DNA of 64,000 bases from a virus (lineage: Duplodnaviria; Caudoviricetes), in the IMG/VR virus record IMGVR_UViG_3300035492_000236. One strand, written 5' to 3'. Position 1 is the stretch's first letter; each line of letters begins with the position of its first letter. Under the pieces are notes generated by a model. That model ran no database searches, had not been told where the DNA came from, and saw only the letters and a list, made by a program, of their open reading frames with translations. Shown piece by piece: positions 56,063 through 64,000 of the stretch. Position numbers and translations under genes: made by a program.

Positions 56063-56080
56063 ATAGTATAACGGTTTGTT

Positions 56081-56809
56081 TTAGTTAGCCTTAACACAAC
56101 CCATTACGTCGGCCCGATACCGGTCGCCGTTGTAGCTCACGGTGGCGGTAACACCGCTCTGCTCCACCACCGCAGTACCTAGACTGCGATAGATAACTGC
56201 CCCACACACTGTCGGTCCAAACTCGTCGTCCTTTTTCAAGGACTGGCGAGTGACGTTATGCGGTACAGTAACCGCGGCATTCAGTGCAAGATAACGCCCT
56301 ACCACTAACACCGGGTACACAACCGGCACTCGCTCTACCGGCTGAGGCCCCACCCACACCGCATCTTCCATCAGTACGTCAGTCATGCAGACCACACCAT
56401 GCTCCCGCCACCGGGTGATGTGGTCAACACGGTACGCGCTGAACGGCACGTGCTCCATCTCAGTCTCGACCATTGCCGGAGTAATGTCGTGGACCAATTC
56501 CAACTCACCGCAGCCGAAGGCAACACCGAGCTTGGTAGCAACTGTCTCGATGAACTCCCAACTCTGATACGGTAGGGCAGTACGCAGAACCGCAGGCAGG
56601 GTGTACAATCCGATTGCAGCCTTGATCAAGTCTTCTTCTACCTTGGCTTCAACGGTAACTTCTTTGCTGTCGATGGTCACAGTGGACATTACCGGGTTGA
56701 TGGACACCGATGTTGGGTTGGTCACCGCCTGTCCGAGCAGCTGCATCACATACTCGTTAAACGCAGGTGAGTACAAAGTTGGATCAACGTTGACGATCTT
56801 GGAAGACAT
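56081..56809 (-). CDS. Hypothetical protein
   Basis: 242-aa ORF with AAGGA SD. Confidence 0.7.
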   Translation of the reverse strand: MSSKIVNVDPTLYSPAFNEYVMQLLGQAVTNPTSVSINPVMSTVTIDSKEVTVEAKVEEDLIKAAIGLYTLPAVLRTALPYQSWEFIETVATKLGVAFGCGELELVHDITPAMVETEMEHVPFSAYRVDHITRWREHGVVCMTDVLMEDAVWVGPQPVERVPVVYPVLVVGRYLALNAAVTVPHNVTRQSLKKDDEFGPTVCGAVIYRSLGTAVVEQSGVTATVSYNGDRYRADVMGCVKAN

Positions 56810-56843
56810 AAAGTATCCTTTTCTAGTGCATGTAATGGTTATT

Positions 56844-58166
56844 TCACATCATGCCATCATCCTTTAAAAATAACGACAAACGTACTACGTTGCGGTGCTC
56901 TGGTTCGATGAAGCCTTTCTGCGGGATCGACGAAACCAGCTCTGCCGAAAGCAATGTGCCATAACGTTGCTTCAGCACTCCATTCGCCCCGTAATAGAAA
57001 GTGGTGGGCATGCCTGGCCGTAACGGCTCCAAGGTTCCATGTAACCAAGTCACGTCCACTACCTCACCGCCACGTTGGGCCATTACTGACGCAATGACCA
57101 GTGGGTTGTCTGAAAACCGGGTTGATGACGTCACCGTGTTCTGAATGTCTTTAAGGTGTCGACTGCCACGATACTCCGTCATGTATTGTTCTGGCAGGCG
57201 CTCTGGATCAACCGTAGGGTCCGAGGTGGATGTGTTACCATTAATAGACCGCATGTCCGCATACCGCACTCCCGTCCCGCCGTTCAGCGCATCCTCGTCA
57301 CTATATCGTCGGTGCTTGGTTTCCCCTGTCGCGATCACTGTCACGGTCTTACCTACGATATGAAAGTTCTTAGGCACGTCCCGATAACGCGCCGGAGGCG
57401 CGTTAAACACCACCAACCGAGGGATGTCGTAATCACGCTTGGTGATATTGAACGGCGCAAAGATGTGCCACTCTAGCCCGCGAAGGAAGCAGCCCAGCCC
57501 TTGGGCATATATCCCATACTCACGTTGCAGGTAGTCAGGGAACGCCATGAATCGCGTCCCTTCCGGTATTTTAATCGGATTGAACTTTCGCTGAGACGCG
57601 CCAGGTTCAACCGTAACTGTGGCCACGGCTTCGGTTTGGCTGAGTCGGTCATGTAGCCTGGTTTTAGCCAAATAATGCCGTAGCACATCTACTGCGCAGC
57701 AGTTTGGATAGATGGCACCGATTTCCCGTAGGCGAAGATCAAAGGCTGCCGAGGTGATCAGCTGGAACGTGATCACTGAGAACGTCGTCAAGTCCAGCGC
57801 GCCAGGCTCTGCGACGTCGGTGATGTTACCATCACGCTTACCGTCTTGGTGACTGATAATCACCGCATGGTACTCTTTAGTGTACGGCGTACCTCCCTCA
57901 TAAGGTCGCTGTGTCAGTTTCATGGTCATGTCTTCGTGGCCGTGCAACACCAACTCGGTGTAATGCGACGCTTGCATTGCCACCGTCACTTGAATATCTT
58001 CAAACAAGTTCTCCAAATAAAGGTGACGCTCCGTCAGGGCGGTAACCGCCACCGACTTAAACCGCATGCCAGAAACCGAAACCTCCGCATCATAGCGAAA
58101 CGACGGCAGCGACACCGCCCGCGTTAGCTGGCGGTTGATGGCATTGATGAACGGATCTACACTCAC
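56844..58166 (-). CDS. Putative baseplate hub-like virion protein
   Basis: 440-aa beta-rich protein in the conserved tail block; FRLREIG-x-IY and YGIY-x-x-GLGCF motifs. Confidence 0.6.
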   Translation of the reverse strand: MSVDPFINAINRQLTRAVSLPSFRYDAEVSVSGMRFKSVAVTALTERHLYLENLFEDIQVTVAMQASHYTELVLHGHEDMTMKLTQRPYEGGTPYTKEYHAVIISHQDGKRDGNITDVAEPGALDLTTFSVITFQLITSAAFDLRLREIGAIYPNCCAVDVLRHYLAKTRLHDRLSQTEAVATVTVEPGASQRKFNPIKIPEGTRFMAFPDYLQREYGIYAQGLGCFLRGLEWHIFAPFNITKRDYDIPRLVVFNAPPARYRDVPKNFHIVGKTVTVIATGETKHRRYSDEDALNGGTGVRYADMRSINGNTSTSDPTVDPERLPEQYMTEYRGSRHLKDIQNTVTSSTRFSDNPLVIASVMAQRGGEVVDVTWLHGTLEPLRPGMPTTFYYGANGVLKQRYGTLLSAELVSSIPQKGFIEPEHRNVVRLSLFLKDDGMM

Positions 58167-58720
58167 GACCTGCCTCCTAACCGGTGACGTATGGTGGCCT
58201 GTTGATGGATTTCGGCAAAGATGGATTCATCATGTTCGAAGTCCTTCAACTGGATCGGTGCCACGAAGCCGGAGGAGAACGTCCGGTGATGTCGCTTCTG
58301 CTCGCTGGGGATCTCCAGTTCCACCAAACCGTGACGTCGGCCTATTTTGGCCATTTGTCTCGCTAAGTCGTTGAACTCCCGCAGCCCTTTCAGCGGCACC
58401 GCCTTGCGACGAATCGCCCCCTGCGTCACGACACGATGCCAATCATTAAGGTGATCTGCCAGCATCCGGTAAATCACTACTGCGTCTTTGGGATCGTGGA
58501 TATCAACCCGCACTTTCCGGCCAGCGAACTCTGCTGCTTCCGCAGGTGTCATGTACACTGGCTCCATGGCTGATGCCAATTGCAGATCCCACGCTTCATT
58601 ACCAGTGGAGACCCTGCCGAAATACTCGGTGTCGTTTTCATCAAACGTTTCGTTTCGTGGGACGTAAAACATGTAAGGGTAATGGAACAGCTTATATGCT
58701 GCGGAATGTTCTTCTTTCAT
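58163..58720 (-). CDS. Conserved phiKZ-like hypothetical protein
   Basis: KLFHY...G-x-VSTGN...D...IY-x-x-L-x-x-HL-x-DW; synteny. Confidence 0.65.
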   Translation of the reverse strand: MKEEHSAAYKLFHYPYMFYVPRNETFDENDTEYFGRVSTGNEAWDLQLASAMEPVYMTPAEAAEFAGRKVRVDIHDPKDAVVIYRMLADHLNDWHRVVTQGAIRRKAVPLKGLREFNDLARQMAKIGRRHGLVELEIPSEQKRHHRTFSSGFVAPIQLKDFEHDESIFAEIHQQATIRHRLGGRS

Positions 58721-60088
58721 TTAGTCACCTCGACGGCAATAATGAATTAGGACCAGCAGAATCGGCATATAGTAATACTGGTGTTGGCGCGGTTCGAGGA
58801 AGATCGACTCACACAGCCACTGTACGAGCTCACCACTGACACGTTCGCCTTGCAGCATCCGATACGACAACAGCTCCAGCACTGACATCTGGACCGGGTC
58901 TTCATCGTAGAATGCGCTTGAGAGCACGTAGGACGTTCCTGACAGTGTCGGGAACACGGGCCGATCAATCAGTTGATGTTTCTCCGCCAGGGCGTCAGGG
59001 AGCATCTGAGGGGTTGTAATAGCGTCATTGTCGGAGAAGTCGACCCATGCAGTGCACACTCGGATGGCGTCCGGGTAATCCGGCACACCGCCGTCTGGGT
59101 AAATGGCCTGACTATAAGGCGACCATGTCACCCCACGGTACGCGGCAATCCCCCCGAACGCTTTGACAGACGTCCCTCCTAGTTTCCGACAAGCATCCAT
59201 CATGGGCCAGAATGCCATCTCCCGGAACGCATCCCATAGCGTGGGAATGTCCTCAGCATCCACCGTACCGTATCGGTACAAGTCAATGGGACGCAAGACA
59301 TCACCTAACCCCACGTGTTGACAGAACGCCGCATGGAACCCATCGTACGTCAACGTTGGTAAGTTGGGTAGTGCAATAGAGTTCACCGCCCGTGACCAAA
59401 AACGGTCCATGAACTGCTGGCGGATGCGAACATCATATTCGTTCAAGCTCAGCAACCGTCGGTGGGCTTCTTTCGACATGAACGGACTGTCGTGCAGCTC
59501 CACCATGCTGGTTTCAAACACCACAGATTCCACTACCTTGGCTTCCAGGTCAGTTTCCCATACCGTGGTGTATTCACTCACCAACTGATAACGAATGCGG
59601 TAGGTGGCCGATTTGGTGTCGATCAGTCGCTCACTGGAGGTGATGAGAAACAACCCGGTTCTGCCAGAGCCAATGTCCGCAACGAACATGTCACCCGTGT
59701 TCGGGATGAGACCATACTCGATCGCTCCCTCACCAGTGACAGTGAACTCCTTAGTCTGAGTGTCTTGCACTGGCTCCAGTGCCTGGTCAACCTTGATGAC
59801 CATCCCTTCTACTTTCAGGTATTGCTGATGAGCTGGGAGAGTACCACGTTGCAAGGGCTGCAAAACATCGTCCAGTCCCAATTGTTGGCGATAATAATCG
59901 ACTGTCCAGCCATCGCCGCCGGTGTGAATGATCAAGTGACTGACAGGGGCATATTCGGTATCCACTATCGCTTTGCGGTCGGCAACATCAGTCACTACAG
60001 GTTTATGTTCTACCACGCCATCCAAGGACGTCTGTGGATTACTGCCGACGGGTGGCTTGGGGGTTGGTTTACGCGCTGCGAGTGCCAT
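58721..60088 (-). CDS. Virion (tail/baseplate) structural protein
   Basis: W-x-VDYYRQ-x-L...QQY...PNTGDMFVADIG-x-GR-x-GLF...YYYMPILL family motifs. Confidence 0.7.
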   Translation of the reverse strand: MALAARKPTPKPPVGSNPQTSLDGVVEHKPVVTDVADRKAIVDTEYAPVSHLIIHTGGDGWTVDYYRQQLGLDDVLQPLQRGTLPAHQQYLKVEGMVIKVDQALEPVQDTQTKEFTVTGEGAIEYGLIPNTGDMFVADIGSGRTGLFLITSSERLIDTKSATYRIRYQLVSEYTTVWETDLEAKVVESVVFETSMVELHDSPFMSKEAHRRLLSLNEYDVRIRQQFMDRFWSRAVNSIALPNLPTLTYDGFHAAFCQHVGLGDVLRPIDLYRYGTVDAEDIPTLWDAFREMAFWPMMDACRKLGGTSVKAFGGIAAYRGVTWSPYSQAIYPDGGVPDYPDAIRVCTAWVDFSDNDAITTPQMLPDALAEKHQLIDRPVFPTLSGTSYVLSSAFYDEDPVQMSVLELLSYRMLQGERVSGELVQWLCESIFLEPRQHQYYYMPILLVLIHYCRRGD

Positions 60089-61694
60089 ATCTCGGATCCA
60101 GGTAAGTAAAGAGGCGACTGTTCATCACCGTAATCATGATACGAATGGATTTGCCCCAAGGACCCATGTTCGGATGGGTGGGACGTAATCCGCCATTGCC
60201 GGCATTGGTGATGCCGTTCCCGCCAATCAAGTCGATGACTTTATCGAGATTGTGCGTGGGGTAGGTTTTTCCCGTCTCCGGTTCAATAGCCGGCCGCAGG
60301 TACGGGAAGAAAGTGTCAATCACAGCATCCACGAACTCCGGGTGTCGTCGAATGCTGTCGTATTGACAATCACTGAGGATGGTCCAGTCAGTTTGCAGGG
60401 CGATGGCAAACTGGTAGTTCTTGGTTAAGTCAGGCAGGTAGTCCAGCCACACCTCATTGGTTGCGCAGTCCACTCCGACCAGGTCCATGTCTAGCGGTAC
60501 ACCGTCTTCATAGACGATGATTTTCATCACCGAACACTTACCATTCTTCCCACTGCAGTATGCATCGCGCAAATACGCCAGCGTGCTATCATCAAGGTCT
60601 ACGCCAGGAATTCCGTCAAGTGGAAACAGGAACGCAGGCTTAGTGATTTCGTCTTTATCAAACACCAACTGTCCGATGATGATCGGTACATACCCGCCAA
60701 TGGACGGCAGGTTCAAGTTAGGGTAATCGCAGGCTGGGACGTAAATGGGGAGTGTAACCTCAGCAGGCGGCGTCAATTGATTACCGGCGTTGACGTGGAC
60801 GTTACTACTGGCATCATCTTCAAAGCTCATGCCTGGGTGTGTTTGGTCGACCCACCACTCTTCTGGCAACAAAGTGTTATTGAGTATCACCGGGTAGCGC
60901 AACACCACAGCTTCGGGCCGGGTGTAACTAAAGCGGTACTGGTATTCCCCCACCCAACTGACTTGGTTATCGTCGCGGACCTGCTGCGGACCATCACCGG
61001 TAATCACCCCCACCACCCGACATGCTGTATGGCGCATTGCGTACTCTTGGCCCTGCCCTGCCATGTTACTGATCAACGTAACGGCTTTGCTGAAGTTCCA
61101 GCGTAGATATTCCAGTAGGGACTTACCGGATGGAACGTTAGTCTCCATCGCACGGTAGCAGGCAGCGGCCAGATTCAGGCAAGCGGGGGGGATGACGTAG
61201 TGGAAGTCAAACTGCGTAACCATCACAGCACGGTCTTGATCGAGAATACGCTGGATGGCATTACACCAGTTGGCGACAATCGCACGAGATGGTGCGCGCC
61301 GACGAACTGTAACCGTCACGTCGTAACGCACTTGCGTGGGCGTCATTGAGATACGGTTGTCAGTGTCTTTGAAAAACGGCAATTCGAAATCAGCACCGGG
61401 AGCCCGCTCTATCCGGTTCATGACATCACGCTGCTCATCGTAGTCGATCACAACCCGGTCGGTGTTGCCGTAGGACAGCGTACGCTGCTCGCCCACGGTG
61501 GAGTCAGGCTGCGCCACCTCGCGACCCTCACTGCCCTCGTAAACAATGTCGGCACCCTCCAGCCCCAAATAGCGCAGTAAGTTGCGACTCACACTGTCGT
61601 GGATGTTCTTTTGGATAGTGTTATTCACATCCGGAATTTCAACAATTTTGATTGGCATATTGTTAGCCCTCCTACATGATGTCTGAGAACGCAC
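60069..61694 (-). CDS. Virion (tail/baseplate) structural protein
   Basis: 541 aa; F-x-Y-x-RPE...YPV-x-x-NN motifs; synteny. Confidence 0.65.
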   Translation of the reverse strand: MRSQTSCRRANNMPIKIVEIPDVNNTIQKNIHDSVSRNLLRYLGLEGADIVYEGSEGREVAQPDSTVGEQRTLSYGNTDRVVIDYDEQRDVMNRIERAPGADFELPFFKDTDNRISMTPTQVRYDVTVTVRRRAPSRAIVANWCNAIQRILDQDRAVMVTQFDFHYVIPPACLNLAAACYRAMETNVPSGKSLLEYLRWNFSKAVTLISNMAGQGQEYAMRHTACRVVGVITGDGPQQVRDDNQVSWVGEYQYRFSYTRPEAVVLRYPVILNNTLLPEEWWVDQTHPGMSFEDDASSNVHVNAGNQLTPPAEVTLPIYVPACDYPNLNLPSIGGYVPIIIGQLVFDKDEITKPAFLFPLDGIPGVDLDDSTLAYLRDAYCSGKNGKCSVMKIIVYEDGVPLDMDLVGVDCATNEVWLDYLPDLTKNYQFAIALQTDWTILSDCQYDSIRRHPEFVDAVIDTFFPYLRPAIEPETGKTYPTHNLDKVIDLIGGNGITNAGNGGLRPTHPNMGPWGKSIRIMITVMNSRLFTYLDPRYGTRSA

Positions 61695-61729
61695 AAAAAA
61701 CCAACAGCAGGGGCCGAAGCCCCCGCTGT
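61695..61729 (-). terminator. Inner-head gene terminator
   Basis: CAGCGGGGGC-TTCG-GCCCCTGCTG then TTGGTTTTTT. Confidence 0.8.
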
Positions 61730-61753
61730 CGATTCAACTAGCTAAGGGTAACC

Positions 61754-62998
61754 TTAGGCAGCTTTGTAAGCACCGATAGACGCGGCGATGTAGCCAGCGA
61801 TACCGGCACCGGCGTTCTTCAGACCGGTAATCACAGCACGCTCTTGGGCCTTGGCGTTGCCAACCACTTGACGGGCCTTGGCCAGGTCGGCTTTGGCTTT
61901 ACGCTCCTTGTCAGAGTCGCTGTCCTTCTTGGCGTCTTTAACAGCCTTGGCAGCTTCACCCACTGCCTTGGCCAGCTCTTCCATGGCGGCATTGGCGTCA
62001 CGGAAACCTTTCAGTTTGGTTTCCAGAGCGTCGCCGATGGCGTACAGGGCCTCAACACCAGCTTTACACTTGGCAGCGTCCAGGGGCTGGATCTTTTCTT
62101 TACCGGCCGGCTTGTCCGGGGCGGCTACGAAACGGGTGTAAGCGATGTCGTTATGGGTGTAATCGACCACGTAAGCATTGCCAGGCAGCGCGCGAACGTT
62201 CAGGTTGGTAGCGCCCTGAGGAACGATGGCCAGCTTCTTGGAAACTTTCTTACCGAACTCGGTAGTGGCGGTTTTGGCACCATCGCCCACGGGAGAGCCA
62301 CCGCGAACCAGTTTGTTGGCGTCGCTAACAGAAGCTGCAACTTTGGTGGCCAGTTTGTCCAGCGAGGCGCTGTCTTTACCCAGACCCACGCAGAAGTCGT
62401 AGTTGAAAGCTTCGTCCACGGTAAGCTGTTTAACCCAGCCACCATCAACTTCTTTCTTGTCCTGCACGCCCAGACCCTTGTTCAGACGGGCTTCCAGTTT
62501 CTCGGCGCGCTTCTTCAGCGACTTACCGGCGTTGGTCAGCTTCAGCAGCTGGTCTTTGGCCTTGGCGATCAGCTCTTTCAGCCACTTAACGAAAGTGTCC
62601 CACATGTTAGCGGCAGCGTCTTTCAGGGACTCTACAGCCACCTGGGTGGCACGACGACGGCCATCGGCAGAGGAGAAGGATTCCAGGCCAACTTTCTGGC
62701 GCTTCACGCCCCACTTGGCGGTGAAGGCTTCGGCGGCGATTTCGGTGGCGCGGGCGGCAGTTTCATCCATGCCGTCTTCTTCCAGAGAAGCTTCGGCGTT
62801 GTCGGTCAGGGCGTCCAGTTGCTCCTGGTCATGCTCCAGTTCTTCACCGTCAGCGATCAGGCTTTCGATGTCCTTGTCCTGGCCTTCGATTTCCACCAGG
62901 TCGGCTTCCAGAGTTTCGGAAGGCACTTCCATCAGGTCGGCGTTTTCTACGTTCTCGTCGAACTCTTCAACCGCAACCCAGCTTTTACGATAAGACAT
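61754..62998 (-). CDS. Abundant inner-head/ejection protein precursor (phiKZ gp93 / SPN3US gp53-54 family)
   Basis: Highly acidic propeptide ending KVGLE-SF, then AVESLKD...W-x-x-F-x-x-WL; very strong codon bias; MSYRK start with AAGGA SD. Confidence 0.75.
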   Translation of the reverse strand: MSYRKSWVAVEEFDENVENADLMEVPSETLEADLVEIEGQDKDIESLIADGEELEHDQEQLDALTDNAEASLEEDGMDETAARATEIAAEAFTAKWGVKRQKVGLESFSSADGRRRATQVAVESLKDAAANMWDTFVKWLKELIAKAKDQLLKLTNAGKSLKKRAEKLEARLNKGLGVQDKKEVDGGWVKQLTVDEAFNYDFCVGLGKDSASLDKLATKVAASVSDANKLVRGGSPVGDGAKTATTEFGKKVSKKLAIVPQGATNLNVRALPGNAYVVDYTHNDIAYTRFVAAPDKPAGKEKIQPLDAAKCKAGVEALYAIGDALETKLKGFRDANAAMEELAKAVGEAAKAVKDAKKDSDSDKERKAKADLAKARQVVGNAKAQERAVITGLKNAGAGIAGYIAASIGAYKAA

Positions 62999-63100
62999 GT
63001 GTATTTTCCTTTTATGGTTAACCATTACAACAAACTAAACCTACACAATATAGGTCGATTTGGAAATAGGGCCCGTTCAAGGTGAACAGGGGGTTGCCCC

Positions 63101-63649
63101 TCACAAAGAGGGGCGATGATCCATCACTGCGTAAATCTTCGACAGCGCTGTCAGAGTTTGCAGCATATCATCGATGCCGTTTTTACGGAGTAACCACATA
63201 TGCAGGATGTCTCGGTGTGCATATGATAGTAACTCTTTACGCACATGGCCTTGTCCAAAGGATGGTGCCGTGACCCGATTGTCGCCTTTGAAGCGCGCAA
63301 ACTGTTGTCCGGTGATACTGCCTTTGTTACCGACCAGTCCTTCTTTAGGAGTGTCATAGATATCGTTAATGATACCAGCCCACAGTTCCAGCCGGATAGG
63401 CCGACCTTCACCCAGGATGAAACCCACAGACTCATTATAGAAACGACGCACAGTGTCGCTGTCATACAATGCACCTGTGACCGGCGGTTTGGCTGCAAAG
63501 CCAGACATCAGCGGAATCAACGTTGCACATACTTCGATCACACTATGGATTGTTTCAAACCGACGAGCTTGCATCGGGTTCGCTTGAAACAGCGTCCACA
63601 GGTCATCGAGCTGCACAATCGAGGCCTTAACTCGGTCGATTGAGACCAT
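63101..63649 (-). CDS. Conserved phiKZ-like head-block protein
   Basis: 182 aa; W-x-x-R-x-NG-x-DDM-x-x-TL-x-x-L motif; synteny. Confidence 0.6.
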   Translation of the reverse strand: MVSIDRVKASIVQLDDLWTLFQANPMQARRFETIHSVIEVCATLIPLMSGFAAKPPVTGALYDSDTVRRFYNESVGFILGEGRPIRLELWAGIINDIYDTPKEGLVGNKGSITGQQFARFKGDNRVTAPSFGQGHVRKELLSYAHRDILHMWLLRKNGIDDMLQTLTALSKIYAVMDHRPSL

Positions 63650-64000
63650 ACTTCTTCTCCATCTTCTCGATCTTCTGCTTGATGAGGTTGAGACGTTCTT
63701 CTTCGTCTTTCAGGCGTCGCTCCAATGCCGCATCACCTTTACCTTGCTCCAGTCGCTGCTTGATCAGGATGGTCCGGTACTCCAAAGCACGAGCGTCCGC
63801 CTTAGCTTGATCGTAGCGGGCCAACTGACGCTCCGCCCAGATCATACCAATACGGTAACTAAAGGACAGCGGGAAGGGCAGGTTGGCCATGTGGAACGGG
63901 TCCATGCGACCACTCCCCACCACGACCCGCATGTCGGCTTCGGCGGTGGCATCGATCAACATGTCGGGAATCTTACCCAGATCGCTTTCCAGTTGCTTGG
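63627..64000 (-). CDS. Virion protein, 5'-truncated by the window edge
   Basis: Frame is open beyond the ATG at 63962 to the edge (KQLESDLGKIPDM...); C-terminal coiled coil. Confidence 0.7.
   Translation of the reverse strand, partial: KQLESDLGKIPDMLIDATAEADMRVVVGSGRMDPFHMANLPFPLSFSYRIGMIWAERQLARYDQAKADARALEYRTILIKQRLEQGKGDAALERRLKDEEERLNLIKQKIEKMEKKYGLNRPS

Noticed and set aside
61844-63085. Long plus-strand ORFs antisense to the inner-head, MCP (50534-51577, 51743-52777) and other genes
   Set aside because: Shadow frames caused by strong codon bias; no SD, no recognisable protein features
1-64000. CRISPR array, tRNA or rRNA genes
   Set aside because: No regularly spaced repeats and no convincing T-loop/D-loop cloverleaf found by eye; a tRNAscan run would be decisive

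Overview
This is a 64-kb segment of a phiKZ-related jumbo phage genome (Chimalliviridae-like gene order; chimallin is not in the window and the host cannot be determined). Coding is dense and mostly on the minus strand. The right third is the conserved core block: RuvC, three virion genes, portal, an RGG/RD-rich protein, a non-virion RNA polymerase beta-like subunit, major capsid protein, DnaB-like helicase, baseplate/tail genes and an inner-head protein. The left two thirds is accessory. It carries thyA split by a group IA2-type intron with a GIY-YIG homing endonuclease, DHFR, a Nudix hydrolase, a BCS1-like AAA+ ATPase, an orphan QueC-like PP-loop protein, a SLOG/DprA-like protein, an XRE HTH protein, a GNAT and many hypotheticals. 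The most notable observations are: (1) an apparently catalytically degenerate second copy of the phage DnaB fold; (2) a family of virion proteins with a shared adaptor joined to Kelch or lectin-like tips, plus a Fn3/lectin-like tandem array with a 56-bp conversion-like tract; (3) the thyA intron, at a site offset from T4 td and with a covaried P7; (4) an ORF-less late-promoter-to-terminator unit (candidate sRNA); (5) an unannotated 35-aa membrane peptide with its own promoter and terminator. All family assignments come from motif recognition by eye; no searches were run.
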